Positions 18,969 to 27,329 of a stretch of DNA of 64,000 bases are shown here, in pieces. The position numbers were made by a program, and so were the translations under genes. The stretch comes from Chthonomonadales bacterium (GTDB lineage: Bacteria > Armatimonadota > Chthonomonadetes > Chthonomonadales > CAJBBX01), in assembly GCA_037443035.1 (NCBI GenBank), contig JBBIPC010000011.1:23367-87366 (forward strand). The letters are read 5' to 3'. The notes beneath the pieces were generated by a model. The model saw nothing but the letters and a program-made list of their open reading frames with translations. It had not been told where the DNA came from and made no database searches. The stretch's first letter is position 1. Each line of letters opens with the position of its first letter.

Positions 18969-21900
18969 CTAGAGCCGTAGGCTCACTCTCTCGGCGGACC
19001 GGATCACCACGGGGCCGAGCAAGCCGGATTCCTGCAGTGGCGAGTCCTTCGTCCAGAACCGCCAGGTTGTGAAGGTGTACCGCTCGGACTTCGGCCGCGG
19101 CTTGCCGCTCCAGACCCAGTCGGGCCACTTGGCGAGAGCGTTGCCGCGCCACTCGACCTCGGGGGGCTTCTGCTCGTCGCCGATGAGGCGATTGGGCCAG
19201 AGGTTGGTGACTCGCACGGAGAGCGTGTTGCGACCGGGCTTCAGAAGACCTGTCACCGAGACGCGGAAGGGCGCCTTCCAGAGCACGCCCAGATCCTTCC
19301 CGTTGAGGGTGACTTCTGCGAACTGCTTCACGTCGCCGAGATCGAGAACGACCTCCCGATTAGCGGAGCAGAGCGATGCGGGTACCTCGAATGCCTTGGT
19401 GTAGGTGGCCGATCCGGAGTAGTAGCGGATGCCTTCCTCCGCATGCTCCGACCACGAGATAAGTTCGGGGAACGTCGTCTGGGCGGGACCGCCCCACTCG
19501 GGCTTGAACCGGACCGTCCAGGGACCTTTCAGGGAGACTTCGTCAGCAGCTCGCTGGATGGACACGCGAGCCACCTTCCCCGTGGATGTGCTGAGGGAGT
19601 ACTTGCCGGGCAGCCACGGGATCAACGTGTAGTTCCCGCCATCTGTCCGGAGCGTCCATTCCGGCGTGCCGCTAATGCTCCGTGATGCGCCAAGGACGAT
19701 GGAACCGCCCTCATCTACGGTCTCGCTGCGCGGCTTTCCGTTCAGACTCCACTCGATGCGAAGGCGCTTCACTACCAGCGGCACTGGATCGCCGAAGATC
19801 TCATTGCTGGCGGCGATCTCCGTCTCGCCATGGGCCACCAGTTCTCTGACGCGCGCCGTCACATCGGCGCCGCGGCTACCGTCGCGGGCTTCGTATCGCG
19901 CCATCTTGACCTCGATGCGGTCAGGGAGTTGGAGATTGGCTCCAGGACCAGAGCGCGTGACGCGCGTAACGTATTGCGCTGGCACCGGCTTCCGGAACAC
20001 TACGAAAACCGACTCGGCCGGGTCCAAGCGGAGCGTAACCACCGTCCGATTGGAGGACTTGCTCCATACGGGAGCGGGTTCCATGGTTCCCGTGTCTGCG
20101 TGCCAGAGCTCAGGAAGCTTGCCACTCACCCGGAAGTAGCAATCTGCTGCAACGGGCCGATACTGTTGATTCGAAACGAAATAGACATCGGAGTCGCCGA
20201 TGCGCCGGTGGATATAGACAAGCTTGGCTCCGCCCTGCGATCGGTATTCGAAGTCCGGCCCAAGCTTGAGTGTCCGCAACACCTCGGCGAGAGTGACGCC
20301 CCACAGCACGCGACCCTTGCCGAACGTGTGCTGCTTCACCCGCTGCCCATCGCAATCACCCCAGACCTCCTGTCCGATAGCGCGGACCTCCGCGTCGCAC
20401 TGGGGGTAGCTCTGCAGACTCGGCGACGACTCCGGACGTGGACCGATGACAGTGGCCCCATCGCGCACCAGGTCACGGATGCGCCGAGCCATGGGAGGCG
20501 TCATGAAGCGGCTGTTGGGCAGGACCAGCACAGCGTAACTCATACCGTCGGGAAGGACGATGCGCCCGTTCTTGACGCTCATCCGCTTCAGGACAACGGT
20601 CGCGTCGCATCCATCGTAGTCATATCCGGTTGGGATCGGTGGCTGGAGACCTGGACGGCCTGGTAAATCGTTGGGCCCGGCTTCTCCGATGAAGTAGCAG
20701 ACATCTGCCACGAACTTGCCGGACTGCAGGAGGTATTGGCAGCGCGCGATGTACCGGAACCACGCATGCGCCTGATCCCACCAGGTGATCGTTCTCTCGA
20801 GATGCGTGCCCCATGGTCCCATCGTCATACCGGGGTACAGATTCATCCATGGTTGATGAGCGTAGCGGTGGAAGATGTAGCGGTTGATGCCCTGCGTGAA
20901 GACGTAGTCGCCCAGAGCTTTGATCGCGTAGGGATGGACGAGCCATCTTCCCCTGCCTTCGTCCGCTGTGAAGGATTCGGCGCCCACGAACCTGCGGCCA
21001 TAGGTATGGGCGGCGGATGCGGCGATCTTCAGTGTCTCGCCTGCGCCGGCATTGGGCACCCAGAACTCGCCCATGGGGATATCGGCCAGTCCGCCGGCCT
21101 GGAGGTTGTCGAAGTTCCCGTTGCCATAGGGCTCGGTGGAGAACTGCAGCCCGTTCTTGTGGCACAGCTCTGCGAAGTAGCCATAGTAGTTTGCCGCCCA
21201 CAACTCGGAGATCGTCTTCCGGAAATCCCACAGGAACCGTTCGCTCTTCTCGACGCTGTCCACCACCCTGCCGGTGACAACTGGTAGATAGGGAAGGGGA
21301 TCGTAACCGCGGAGCCTGATGAAGTCCTCTCGGAAGCGCGGAGTCCAGTTCTGGTAGCCTGTTTCGTAGCTGTCTATAAGAGCATTGTTGAGCACCTTAC
21401 CAGCATTGGGGCCTGCTGCCTCGATGACCAAGCCCATGAATCCAGGCCAGAAGGCGTCCATGGCCTCTCGGCTCAGCTTATCCACTTCGAGACCACGTCC
21501 GCTCTCAGGTGCTGGAGCGTTCTGGGCACCTGTGCAGGTGTGTCCCATGCGGAGGATGGTCCACTCACCAGCAGGCACGTCCCAGGTCAGCTTGCCTGCG
21601 GCATCCATGCGATTCGTTATCTCGAGAATGCTCTGCTGAGGGATGCCGGCCACCGGTCTAGCTGGGATGTCCGGATCTCGCATAGGCGGCCGGTCGTAGC
21701 CGGCCTTGGGGCCTATACCTGGGATGCGGTAGGCGGCTGCTGCTGGATCCGTGGGTGTCGGAATGGCAAAGACGGCGACGTCTCTATAGTAGTTGCGCCG
21801 AGTGGCCGGTTGGGGTAGTACGGCCGAGAAGGTCGTCGGGCCGGTAACTCGGGTCTCCGACCACGTCAGCATCTGCATGGCATGTTCTGGCTTGACCCAA

Positions 21901-22298
21901 GGGCCGCCACTGCTGGACCAGCCCGGGCAGTTGTGGACGCACACCTCCAGCCCAAGCCGAGCCGCTTCGGCGATGGCGTAGCGTATGTGTTCGCGCCATT
22001 CGGGGCTCATAACAGGAACGGGGCCGTCGGGGATGCCGCAGTCCACGTTGAAGATTTGCACACCGCCAATACCGGCTCGTTTCATGGCCTCCAGGTCAGC
22101 CGTGATGCCGACCTTGCTGGAGTTGCCGTTGAGCCAGTGCCACCACGTATGGGGTTTGGCCGAGTCGGGCGGATTGCGGAAGGCCTGGGCAAGGGCATCG
22201 GGGGCAGCAGTGGCGGGAGCCATGGCGCAAGCCACCAGCAGCGCCACTAGTGGGTGCAAGAGTGGACGCCTGCGGACCACACTCGCGATAAGAGTCAT
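18969..22298 (-). CDS. Glycoside hydrolase family 106 (alpha-L-rhamnosidase-like)
   Basis: Signal peptide; FRNPPDSAKPHTWWHWLNGN, GITADLEAMKRAGIGG, GWSSSGGPWVKPE, IDSYE, PMGEFW, ASAAHTYG...AESFT, C-terminal VTNLWPNRLIGD...SGLLGPV. Confidence 0.92.
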   Translation of the reverse strand: MTLIASVVRRRPLLHPLVALLVACAMAPATAAPDALAQAFRNPPDSAKPHTWWHWLNGNSSKVGITADLEAMKRAGIGGVQIFNVDCGIPDGPVPVMSPEWREHIRYAIAEAARLGLEVCVHNCPGWSSSGGPWVKPEHAMQMLTWSETRVTGPTTFSAVLPQPATRRNYYRDVAVFAIPTPTDPAAAAYRIPGIGPKAGYDRPPMRDPDIPARPVAGIPQQSILEITNRMDAAGKLTWDVPAGEWTILRMGHTCTGAQNAPAPESGRGLEVDKLSREAMDAFWPGFMGLVIEAAGPNAGKVLNNALIDSYETGYQNWTPRFREDFIRLRGYDPLPYLPVVTGRVVDSVEKSERFLWDFRKTISELWAANYYGYFAELCHKNGLQFSTEPYGNGNFDNLQAGGLADIPMGEFWVPNAGAGETLKIAASAAHTYGRRFVGAESFTADEGRGRWLVHPYAIKALGDYVFTQGINRYIFHRYAHQPWMNLYPGMTMGPWGTHLERTITWWDQAHAWFRYIARCQYLLQSGKFVADVCYFIGEAGPNDLPGRPGLQPPIPTGYDYDGCDATVVLKRMSVKNGRIVLPDGMSYAVLVLPNSRFMTPPMARRIRDLVRDGATVIGPRPESSPSLQSYPQCDAEVRAIGQEVWGDCDGQRVKQHTFGKGRVLWGVTLAEVLRTLKLGPDFEYRSQGGAKLVYIHRRIGDSDVYFVSNQQYRPVAADCYFRVSGKLPELWHADTGTMEPAPVWSKSSNRTVVTLRLDPAESVFVVFRKPVPAQYVTRVTRSGPGANLQLPDRIEVKMARYEARDGSRGADVTARVRELVAHGETEIAASNEIFGDPVPLVVKRLRIEWSLNGKPRSETVDEGGSIVLGASRSISGTPEWTLRTDGGNYTLIPWLPGKYSLSTSTGKVARVSIQRAADEVSLKGPWTVRFKPEWGGPAQTTFPELISWSEHAEEGIRYYSGSATYTKAFEVPASLCSANREVVLDLGDVKQFAEVTLNGKDLGVLWKAPFRVSVTGLLKPGRNTLSVRVTNLWPNRLIGDEQKPPEVEWRGNALAKWPDWVWSGKPRPKSERYTFTTWRFWTKDSPLQESGLLGPVVIRSAERVSLRL

Positions 22299-22395
22299 GT
22301 TGGCAGAACCTCCTCAGCGGGATCGCACGACGAAGTTCGTCATTCGATGCTTGGATTCCTGTCGCGGTGGACGTTGCCGGACCGGATTACCACAG

Positions 22396-23160
22396 CTACG
22401 TCAGCCCTAGCTCGGCACGGAGCCACGAGGGACGGTTGGACGTGATCGTATCCACACCCGAGCGAACCATGCGGCGTGCAATGTCGGGCGAGTCCACGGT
22501 CCATACTCCGATCTCGAGTCCAGTGTCATGGGCCAGGCGGACGGTGCGGCTGCTCACCGGGCCGATGAAATGCACGTTGATGCCACAAGCGCCAACGGCA
22601 AGGGCGCGCTCGATGAGCTCGGGTATCGTGGGCGACCATTGCCCGCGTGTTTCGCCGTGCCGGAACGATGCTATGAGGTACGTCCGGAGCCCCTGTAGCT
22701 GCAAGCCGGCCTCCCGTACTGTGGCGTCATCGAAACTGATGATATTGACCTGGTCTAGCGATATGCCGGACGTGTGCACAGCCTCGGCCAGCGGCTCGAT
22801 GGTGGCTGGGCCAGACTTCACCTCTACCCAGAGCCTCCTCCCAGTCGGCAGGAACTGCAGGACTTCCTCTAACGTCGGCAGTCGTTCCCCAATCCATTCC
22901 CGCCCCTTCCAAGATCCGGCATCCAGCGCTCGCAGCGCTGCAAGCGGAGTCTCTGCGATGTCATGCCGCACACCTGTCGTGCGAAAGGTATCAGCATCGT
23001 GGCACACGATCAGCTGCCTGTCCGCGGTAAGGCGGACGTCCAACTCTACCGTCGTGCTACCTCGTTCCCAGGCCAGACGGAACGATGCGAGAGTGTTCTC
23101 AGGCGCGTCGTAAGACTCGCCACGGTGCGCGACGATCTCTGGTTTTCGGAAGTCGCTCAT
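22396..23160 (-). CDS. Glycerophosphodiester phosphodiesterase family protein
   Basis: VAHRGESYDAPENTLASF, VELDVRLTAD, VCHD, RLPTLEEVL, VWTVD, GVDTITSNRP. Confidence 0.92.
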   Translation of the reverse strand: MSDFRKPEIVAHRGESYDAPENTLASFRLAWERGSTTVELDVRLTADRQLIVCHDADTFRTTGVRHDIAETPLAALRALDAGSWKGREWIGERLPTLEEVLQFLPTGRRLWVEVKSGPATIEPLAEAVHTSGISLDQVNIISFDDATVREAGLQLQGLRTYLIASFRHGETRGQWSPTIPELIERALAVGACGINVHFIGPVSSRTVRLAHDTGLEIGVWTVDSPDIARRMVRSGVDTITSNRPSWLRAELGLT

Positions 23161-25064
23161 TTCCCGTGGACCTCATCATCCGGTGCGATGATCAGGGTCA
23201 CCTCGCCTCTAGCGACTGGCTGCGGTAGTGCGATACCGATGCGTGTGGCGGTACGTCGGGCCGTGAGGTCCTCGCGTACCTCCTCGGCTGTCAAGACCGG
23301 CGTCATGCCGGCGGGCGTCTGGATGCTCACGCGCACCGCTGCATCACCTTCCCGAACCCGCAGTGTGGTTGCGTCCACCTTCTCCCAGGTGCCGAAGGTC
23401 AGTAGGGCAGTCTCGTACGTCAGCGGCTGATCGAACTCGAAGTCGTCACTCACAGTGAAGCGCCCGGCACCAGTGCGGTCGTAGGTGAAGCTACGCTCGA
23501 GCTTCTTCACTTCAGGCAGGCCGTATGCGGAACGGATGTCCATGCTGATCCGATCCTGCCCAGCGGAAAAACTCTTGGAGAGCACCCTGGCTTCGGCGTT
23601 ACGACCCGAACGTTGGAGCTGGCCCCCGATGACCGGAACTGGATGACCCCACGAGTTCAGTGCCTTGCTCTCGTAGCGCTGCGCGCTAAAGGTACGCCTC
23701 GTATAGACCTCGGCGCCGATGTCTGCGAGGACAACCGTCCGGTCCACCAGCACCATATAGGTTCCCACGTCGTTGTGGTTGTGGTTCTGAGCGTTGTGGC
23801 CTCCCATGAGGGCGACGCTCAGACGGCAAGAAGATCCTTTTGCGGATCGCCCGATCAGCACCGAGTGCTCGGGGAACCAGGTCCGCAGGGGGTCGAAGCT
23901 TGGCCATGCCACCGTGGTGCGAACCACGGGCGCTCGAGCTGGGAACAAGGCCATGACCTGATTGCAAAGGTCGCCAGTGATGGGCCGTCGCCGGCGCAAG
24001 ATAGCCCTGCCGGTGAAACGTCTGCTAAGGTAATCCAAGATACCGGGCGCGGGTGACGACTTCACGTCGCAGTCCGCGAACGCTGGACAGATGCCTGGGA
24101 CGATCTCGATCTGGAAGCCATAAGCAGAGGGCATGAGCGCTTCCTTCCGGTTCATCAGGTCCACGAGGCCGTTGGTCGCACGACGAACTGTCTCGGCCAT
24201 GGCGGCGTAGTGGCCAAAGCCATAGTTCCAGTAGCCCACTCCTTCGTCGCAGAAGCCATCCGGCGAGAAACCCTCTAGGGCGTAGCGTGAATAGTGCTCG
24301 GCAGCCAGCGCGTACCATGCGCGTTCACGCGGATCGTCCACTGCGGTCAGGGCCGCGCCGGTCACTCCCGCCAGGCACACGGAATTCCAGTTCATCCTGT
24401 AAAGGAGCCAGTACTGGTTCTGTTCTCCCGCACACATACGGTGGTACGGGCGGAAGATGCGCTTGTCGAGTTCGGCTCTGAGCTGCGCTCGCACCTCCGG
24501 CCGCAGCCTGTCGCCGAGCAGGTAATCTACCGTGCCCATGGTCCAGCCCAGCACTGACGACGCCAGGTCAATCGTAATCAGCTTGCCGGTGAAGGTCTGG
24601 AGGTTACCGTCGTGGGCTGGCAGCACCCACGACTTCTCCGCGCACACGGCCTGGATTGCCTCTTCGAGTTTGGGGAGGAACCGGCCTTTCCCCTCGATGC
24701 ACTCGGCTAGTGCAAGTACGGGGATGCGGTTGTGCCGTTGGCCGAGGACTGCCTCGCACCGGCGTCGGTTGCCTGTTCTGGAGTAGTCGAGGTAGAGGTC
24801 ATCGGGCAGATCAGGCATCGGCTCCTGCAGCAGAGCTTCAGCCCGCTGCACGGCCTCCCTGGCCTCTGGTCGGTCGGCAATGGACTGCCATGCCTTCCGA
24901 TCGCTAGCTCGCGGCCCGAGACCGTCCGGCAGACGGGGAAGTTTGGCAGCTAGGCGATCCAATGTCGCAACATCCGGCTGGAAGACGTCGGCGGCGTCAA
25001 CCCGGAACGCAGCGAGGCTCAGAATCGTCACACAGACGAGAACGCAGAGCCCATAGTTTGGCAT
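23157..25064 (-). CDS. Secreted heparinase II/III-like protein
   Basis: Signal peptide; NWNSVC, DGFCDEGVGYWNYGF, FAD, GGHNAQNHNHNDVGTY, LNSWGHPVPVIGG. Confidence 0.8.
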   Translation of the reverse strand: MPNYGLCVLVCVTILSLAAFRVDAADVFQPDVATLDRLAAKLPRLPDGLGPRASDRKAWQSIADRPEAREAVQRAEALLQEPMPDLPDDLYLDYSRTGNRRRCEAVLGQRHNRIPVLALAECIEGKGRFLPKLEEAIQAVCAEKSWVLPAHDGNLQTFTGKLITIDLASSVLGWTMGTVDYLLGDRLRPEVRAQLRAELDKRIFRPYHRMCAGEQNQYWLLYRMNWNSVCLAGVTGAALTAVDDPRERAWYALAAEHYSRYALEGFSPDGFCDEGVGYWNYGFGHYAAMAETVRRATNGLVDLMNRKEALMPSAYGFQIEIVPGICPAFADCDVKSSPAPGILDYLSRRFTGRAILRRRRPITGDLCNQVMALFPARAPVVRTTVAWPSFDPLRTWFPEHSVLIGRSAKGSSCRLSVALMGGHNAQNHNHNDVGTYMVLVDRTVVLADIGAEVYTRRTFSAQRYESKALNSWGHPVPVIGGQLQRSGRNAEARVLSKSFSAGQDRISMDIRSAYGLPEVKKLERSFTYDRTGAGRFTVSDDFEFDQPLTYETALLTFGTWEKVDATTLRVREGDAAVRVSIQTPAGMTPVLTAEEVREDLTARRTATRIGIALPQPVARGEVTLIIAPDDEVHGK

Positions 25065-25223
25065 CGGTATTCCTCCTCACGGCTACTCGCGCCGAGTATT
25101 CGTCCTGTGGTATCAGCGACGCAGTCACCATCTACAGGCAGGTCGAATGCGCGGACGAACCTGTCTCTAGGTTTCAGGCATCGCTATTGACACTCCTGCC
25201 ATAAGGCAGAAAGGAGGAGCTGC

Positions 25224-26519
25224 ATGATAACGAGTCACGCAGAGCCACAGGTGGCCATTTTCATGGACGTAGAGAACTTCGTCATTCACGCAGGGCAACA
25301 AGGACTGGAATTCCGGGTGGGGCCCATTGTAGATCGCGCACGTAAAGAGGGAAGAGTAGTGGTGGCCCGGGCATATGGAGACTGGGCGAGACCTTTCATG
25401 GAGGATGTACGGCGGGACCTACAACGGAGTGTATTCGAGCTCGGTCAGTTGCCAACAGACATCAAAGGTAAGAACACGGCGGACATGGTGCTGGCCATGG
25501 ACGCCCTGGAGATGTGCTTCCAGAGATCAGCCCCACAGATCATTATCATCGGTTCGGGGGACAGAGACTTCGTTCCGCTAGTGCAGCGATTGCGGCGCTA
25601 CGGCGCTAGGGTTATCGGTGTTGGCCTCAAGGGCACCATCAACCAGATGCTGAGGACGATCTGCGACGATTATTGGTATTACGAGGACCTGCCGGGTGCT
25701 TCTGCGAGCGCGCGGCCACGCCCTGGCGCAGTCAGTTCGACGGAGGACGTTCTCTGCGACGACCTGGAGGGCGCCATCCAGCGGTTCGTCGAGATCGTAC
25801 GCGAGGTCGAGGCTGCCGATGGTCAGTGCTTGGCATCGCGAGCGTGCGAGATACTGAGGCAACGGTGTCCCGGTTTCAACCACGAAGCGCTGGGGTTCAC
25901 GGCTTTCAAGGACTTCGCAGCCGAGGCCGAGCGGCGCGGCCTGGTACGTCTTGTCCAGCGTGCCACGAGCCTCTATGTTTCTGCATCCGAACTGTCCACG
26001 GCCATGCCCACACCTGGGCCTGAGACCAGCGTCGAGACGCTCCGAAATCACTACCGAACGGTGCTGGAGAAGAAACGCGTGCCTCTCGTGCCATGGCAAG
26101 ACCGACGGAGTCTCATCGAGGCTCTGTGGGAGAAGCTGACGAGCGCCAAAGAGGGCATGACTATCGGCGAGATGTCCTACACGATGGAGGAAGCGGCGGC
26201 TGCGCAAGGCATCACCGTCACGCAACAGGCCATCTATAAGATGACGTACACGCTCAATATCGGACGCTGCTTCATGGTGGAAAACACGCCGTACTTCGTG
26301 GAGGATATCTTCGGGCAATCGGTATTCCCAGCCTGCGATGTGGAGGAAGCCCTGGATCGGATGCACGTTACCTACGTCCGCGGGATCATGCTCGACCGAC
26401 CGGATCTCGAACTCCGGCCGGAAGCTGTAGCCAAGCTCCTCTTCGATGACCCCACGGAGACGCAGATCGTTCTCGCGGCAGACTACATTCGCAAGGCGCA
26501 GGCATGGCGCGACTACTGA
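25224..26519 (+). CDS. NYN-domain (PIN-like) protein with an OST-HTH/LOTUS domain and an uncharacterised C-terminal region
   Basis: VAIFMDVEN, RAYGDW, KNTADMVLAMDA, GSGDRDFVPLVQRLRRYG; LOTUS-like PGFNHEALGFTAFKDF; RBS AAGGAGGAG. Confidence 0.85.
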   Translation: MITSHAEPQVAIFMDVENFVIHAGQQGLEFRVGPIVDRARKEGRVVVARAYGDWARPFMEDVRRDLQRSVFELGQLPTDIKGKNTADMVLAMDALEMCFQRSAPQIIIIGSGDRDFVPLVQRLRRYGARVIGVGLKGTINQMLRTICDDYWYYEDLPGASASARPRPGAVSSTEDVLCDDLEGAIQRFVEIVREVEAADGQCLASRACEILRQRCPGFNHEALGFTAFKDFAAEAERRGLVRLVQRATSLYVSASELSTAMPTPGPETSVETLRNHYRTVLEKKRVPLVPWQDRRSLIEALWEKLTSAKEGMTIGEMSYTMEEAAAAQGITVTQQAIYKMTYTLNIGRCFMVENTPYFVEDIFGQSVFPACDVEEALDRMHVTYVRGIMLDRPDLELRPEAVAKLLFDDPTETQIVLAADYIRKAQAWRDY

Positions 26520-26599
26520 TCGGGTTCTAGACCGCTCCTCCCTCTTGCCGAGCACCGTCCTCCGTGCCACAATGTCCGTGGCAAGGAGGACGACTGGTC

Positions 26600-27253
26600 T
26601 TGGACTATGGTGTGATCTTCGATCTAGACGGAGTGCTCGTGGACTCGTCTCGGTTCCACAGGGAGAGCTGGCGCATCGTGGGCCGCGAGAGGGGCTTCGA
26701 GATGACCGACGAGCTCTTCTGGCGGACCTTCGGGATGCCGAACCGGCAGATACTCCCGCTGCTCCTGCAACGGGATCTCAGCGAAGAGGAGATGGAGGAG
26801 TTGTCGGAGAGGAAGGAAGAGGTCTACAGGCAAATCGCTCAGGGGCGTATGCAACCTCTCCCCGGTGCGGTGGAGCTTGTCCGTGGAGTAGCGGCGGACG
26901 GTTTCCGAGTGGCGCTAGGTTCTTCGACACCATGGTCCAACATCCGCGTGGTTCTCGAGTCGCTGGGCATTCTGGATTGTTTCGAACAGATCGTCTGTTC
27001 GGACGACGTTCTACATGGTAAGCCGCACCCGGAGGTATTTCTCAAGGCAGCGGAGAAGCTGGGGCTCCCGCCCCAGCGGTGCGTCGTCATCGAAGACGCG
27101 GTAGTTGGCGTCCAGGCTGCCAAGGCGGCAGGCGCCCGTTGTCTGGCCGTCGCCACCACGCATCCTGAAGAGAAACTGCGGGAGGCCGATCGGGTAGTGC
27201 CGGACCTGAAAGCTGTTACGCCAGCCGACCTGCGGACAATGCTGGACGGTTAG
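26600..27253 (+). CDS. HAD-superfamily phosphatase (beta-phosphoglucomutase-like)
   Basis: IFDLDGVLVDS, GSS, GKPHPEVFL, VIEDAVVGVQAAKAAG. TTG 26600 after AAGGAGGA. Confidence 0.9.
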   Translation: MDYGVIFDLDGVLVDSSRFHRESWRIVGRERGFEMTDELFWRTFGMPNRQILPLLLQRDLSEEEMEELSERKEEVYRQIAQGRMQPLPGAVELVRGVAADGFRVALGSSTPWSNIRVVLESLGILDCFEQIVCSDDVLHGKPHPEVFLKAAEKLGLPPQRCVVIEDAVVGVQAAKAAGARCLAVATTHPEEKLREADRVVPDLKAVTPADLRTMLDG

Positions 27254-27329
27254 GGGGCATTCCGCATCCGTCGCCGCGAGATCGGCGACCCACTCCGACC
27301 GTGCGCCGGAGCGGAATGCACCGTGGCTA

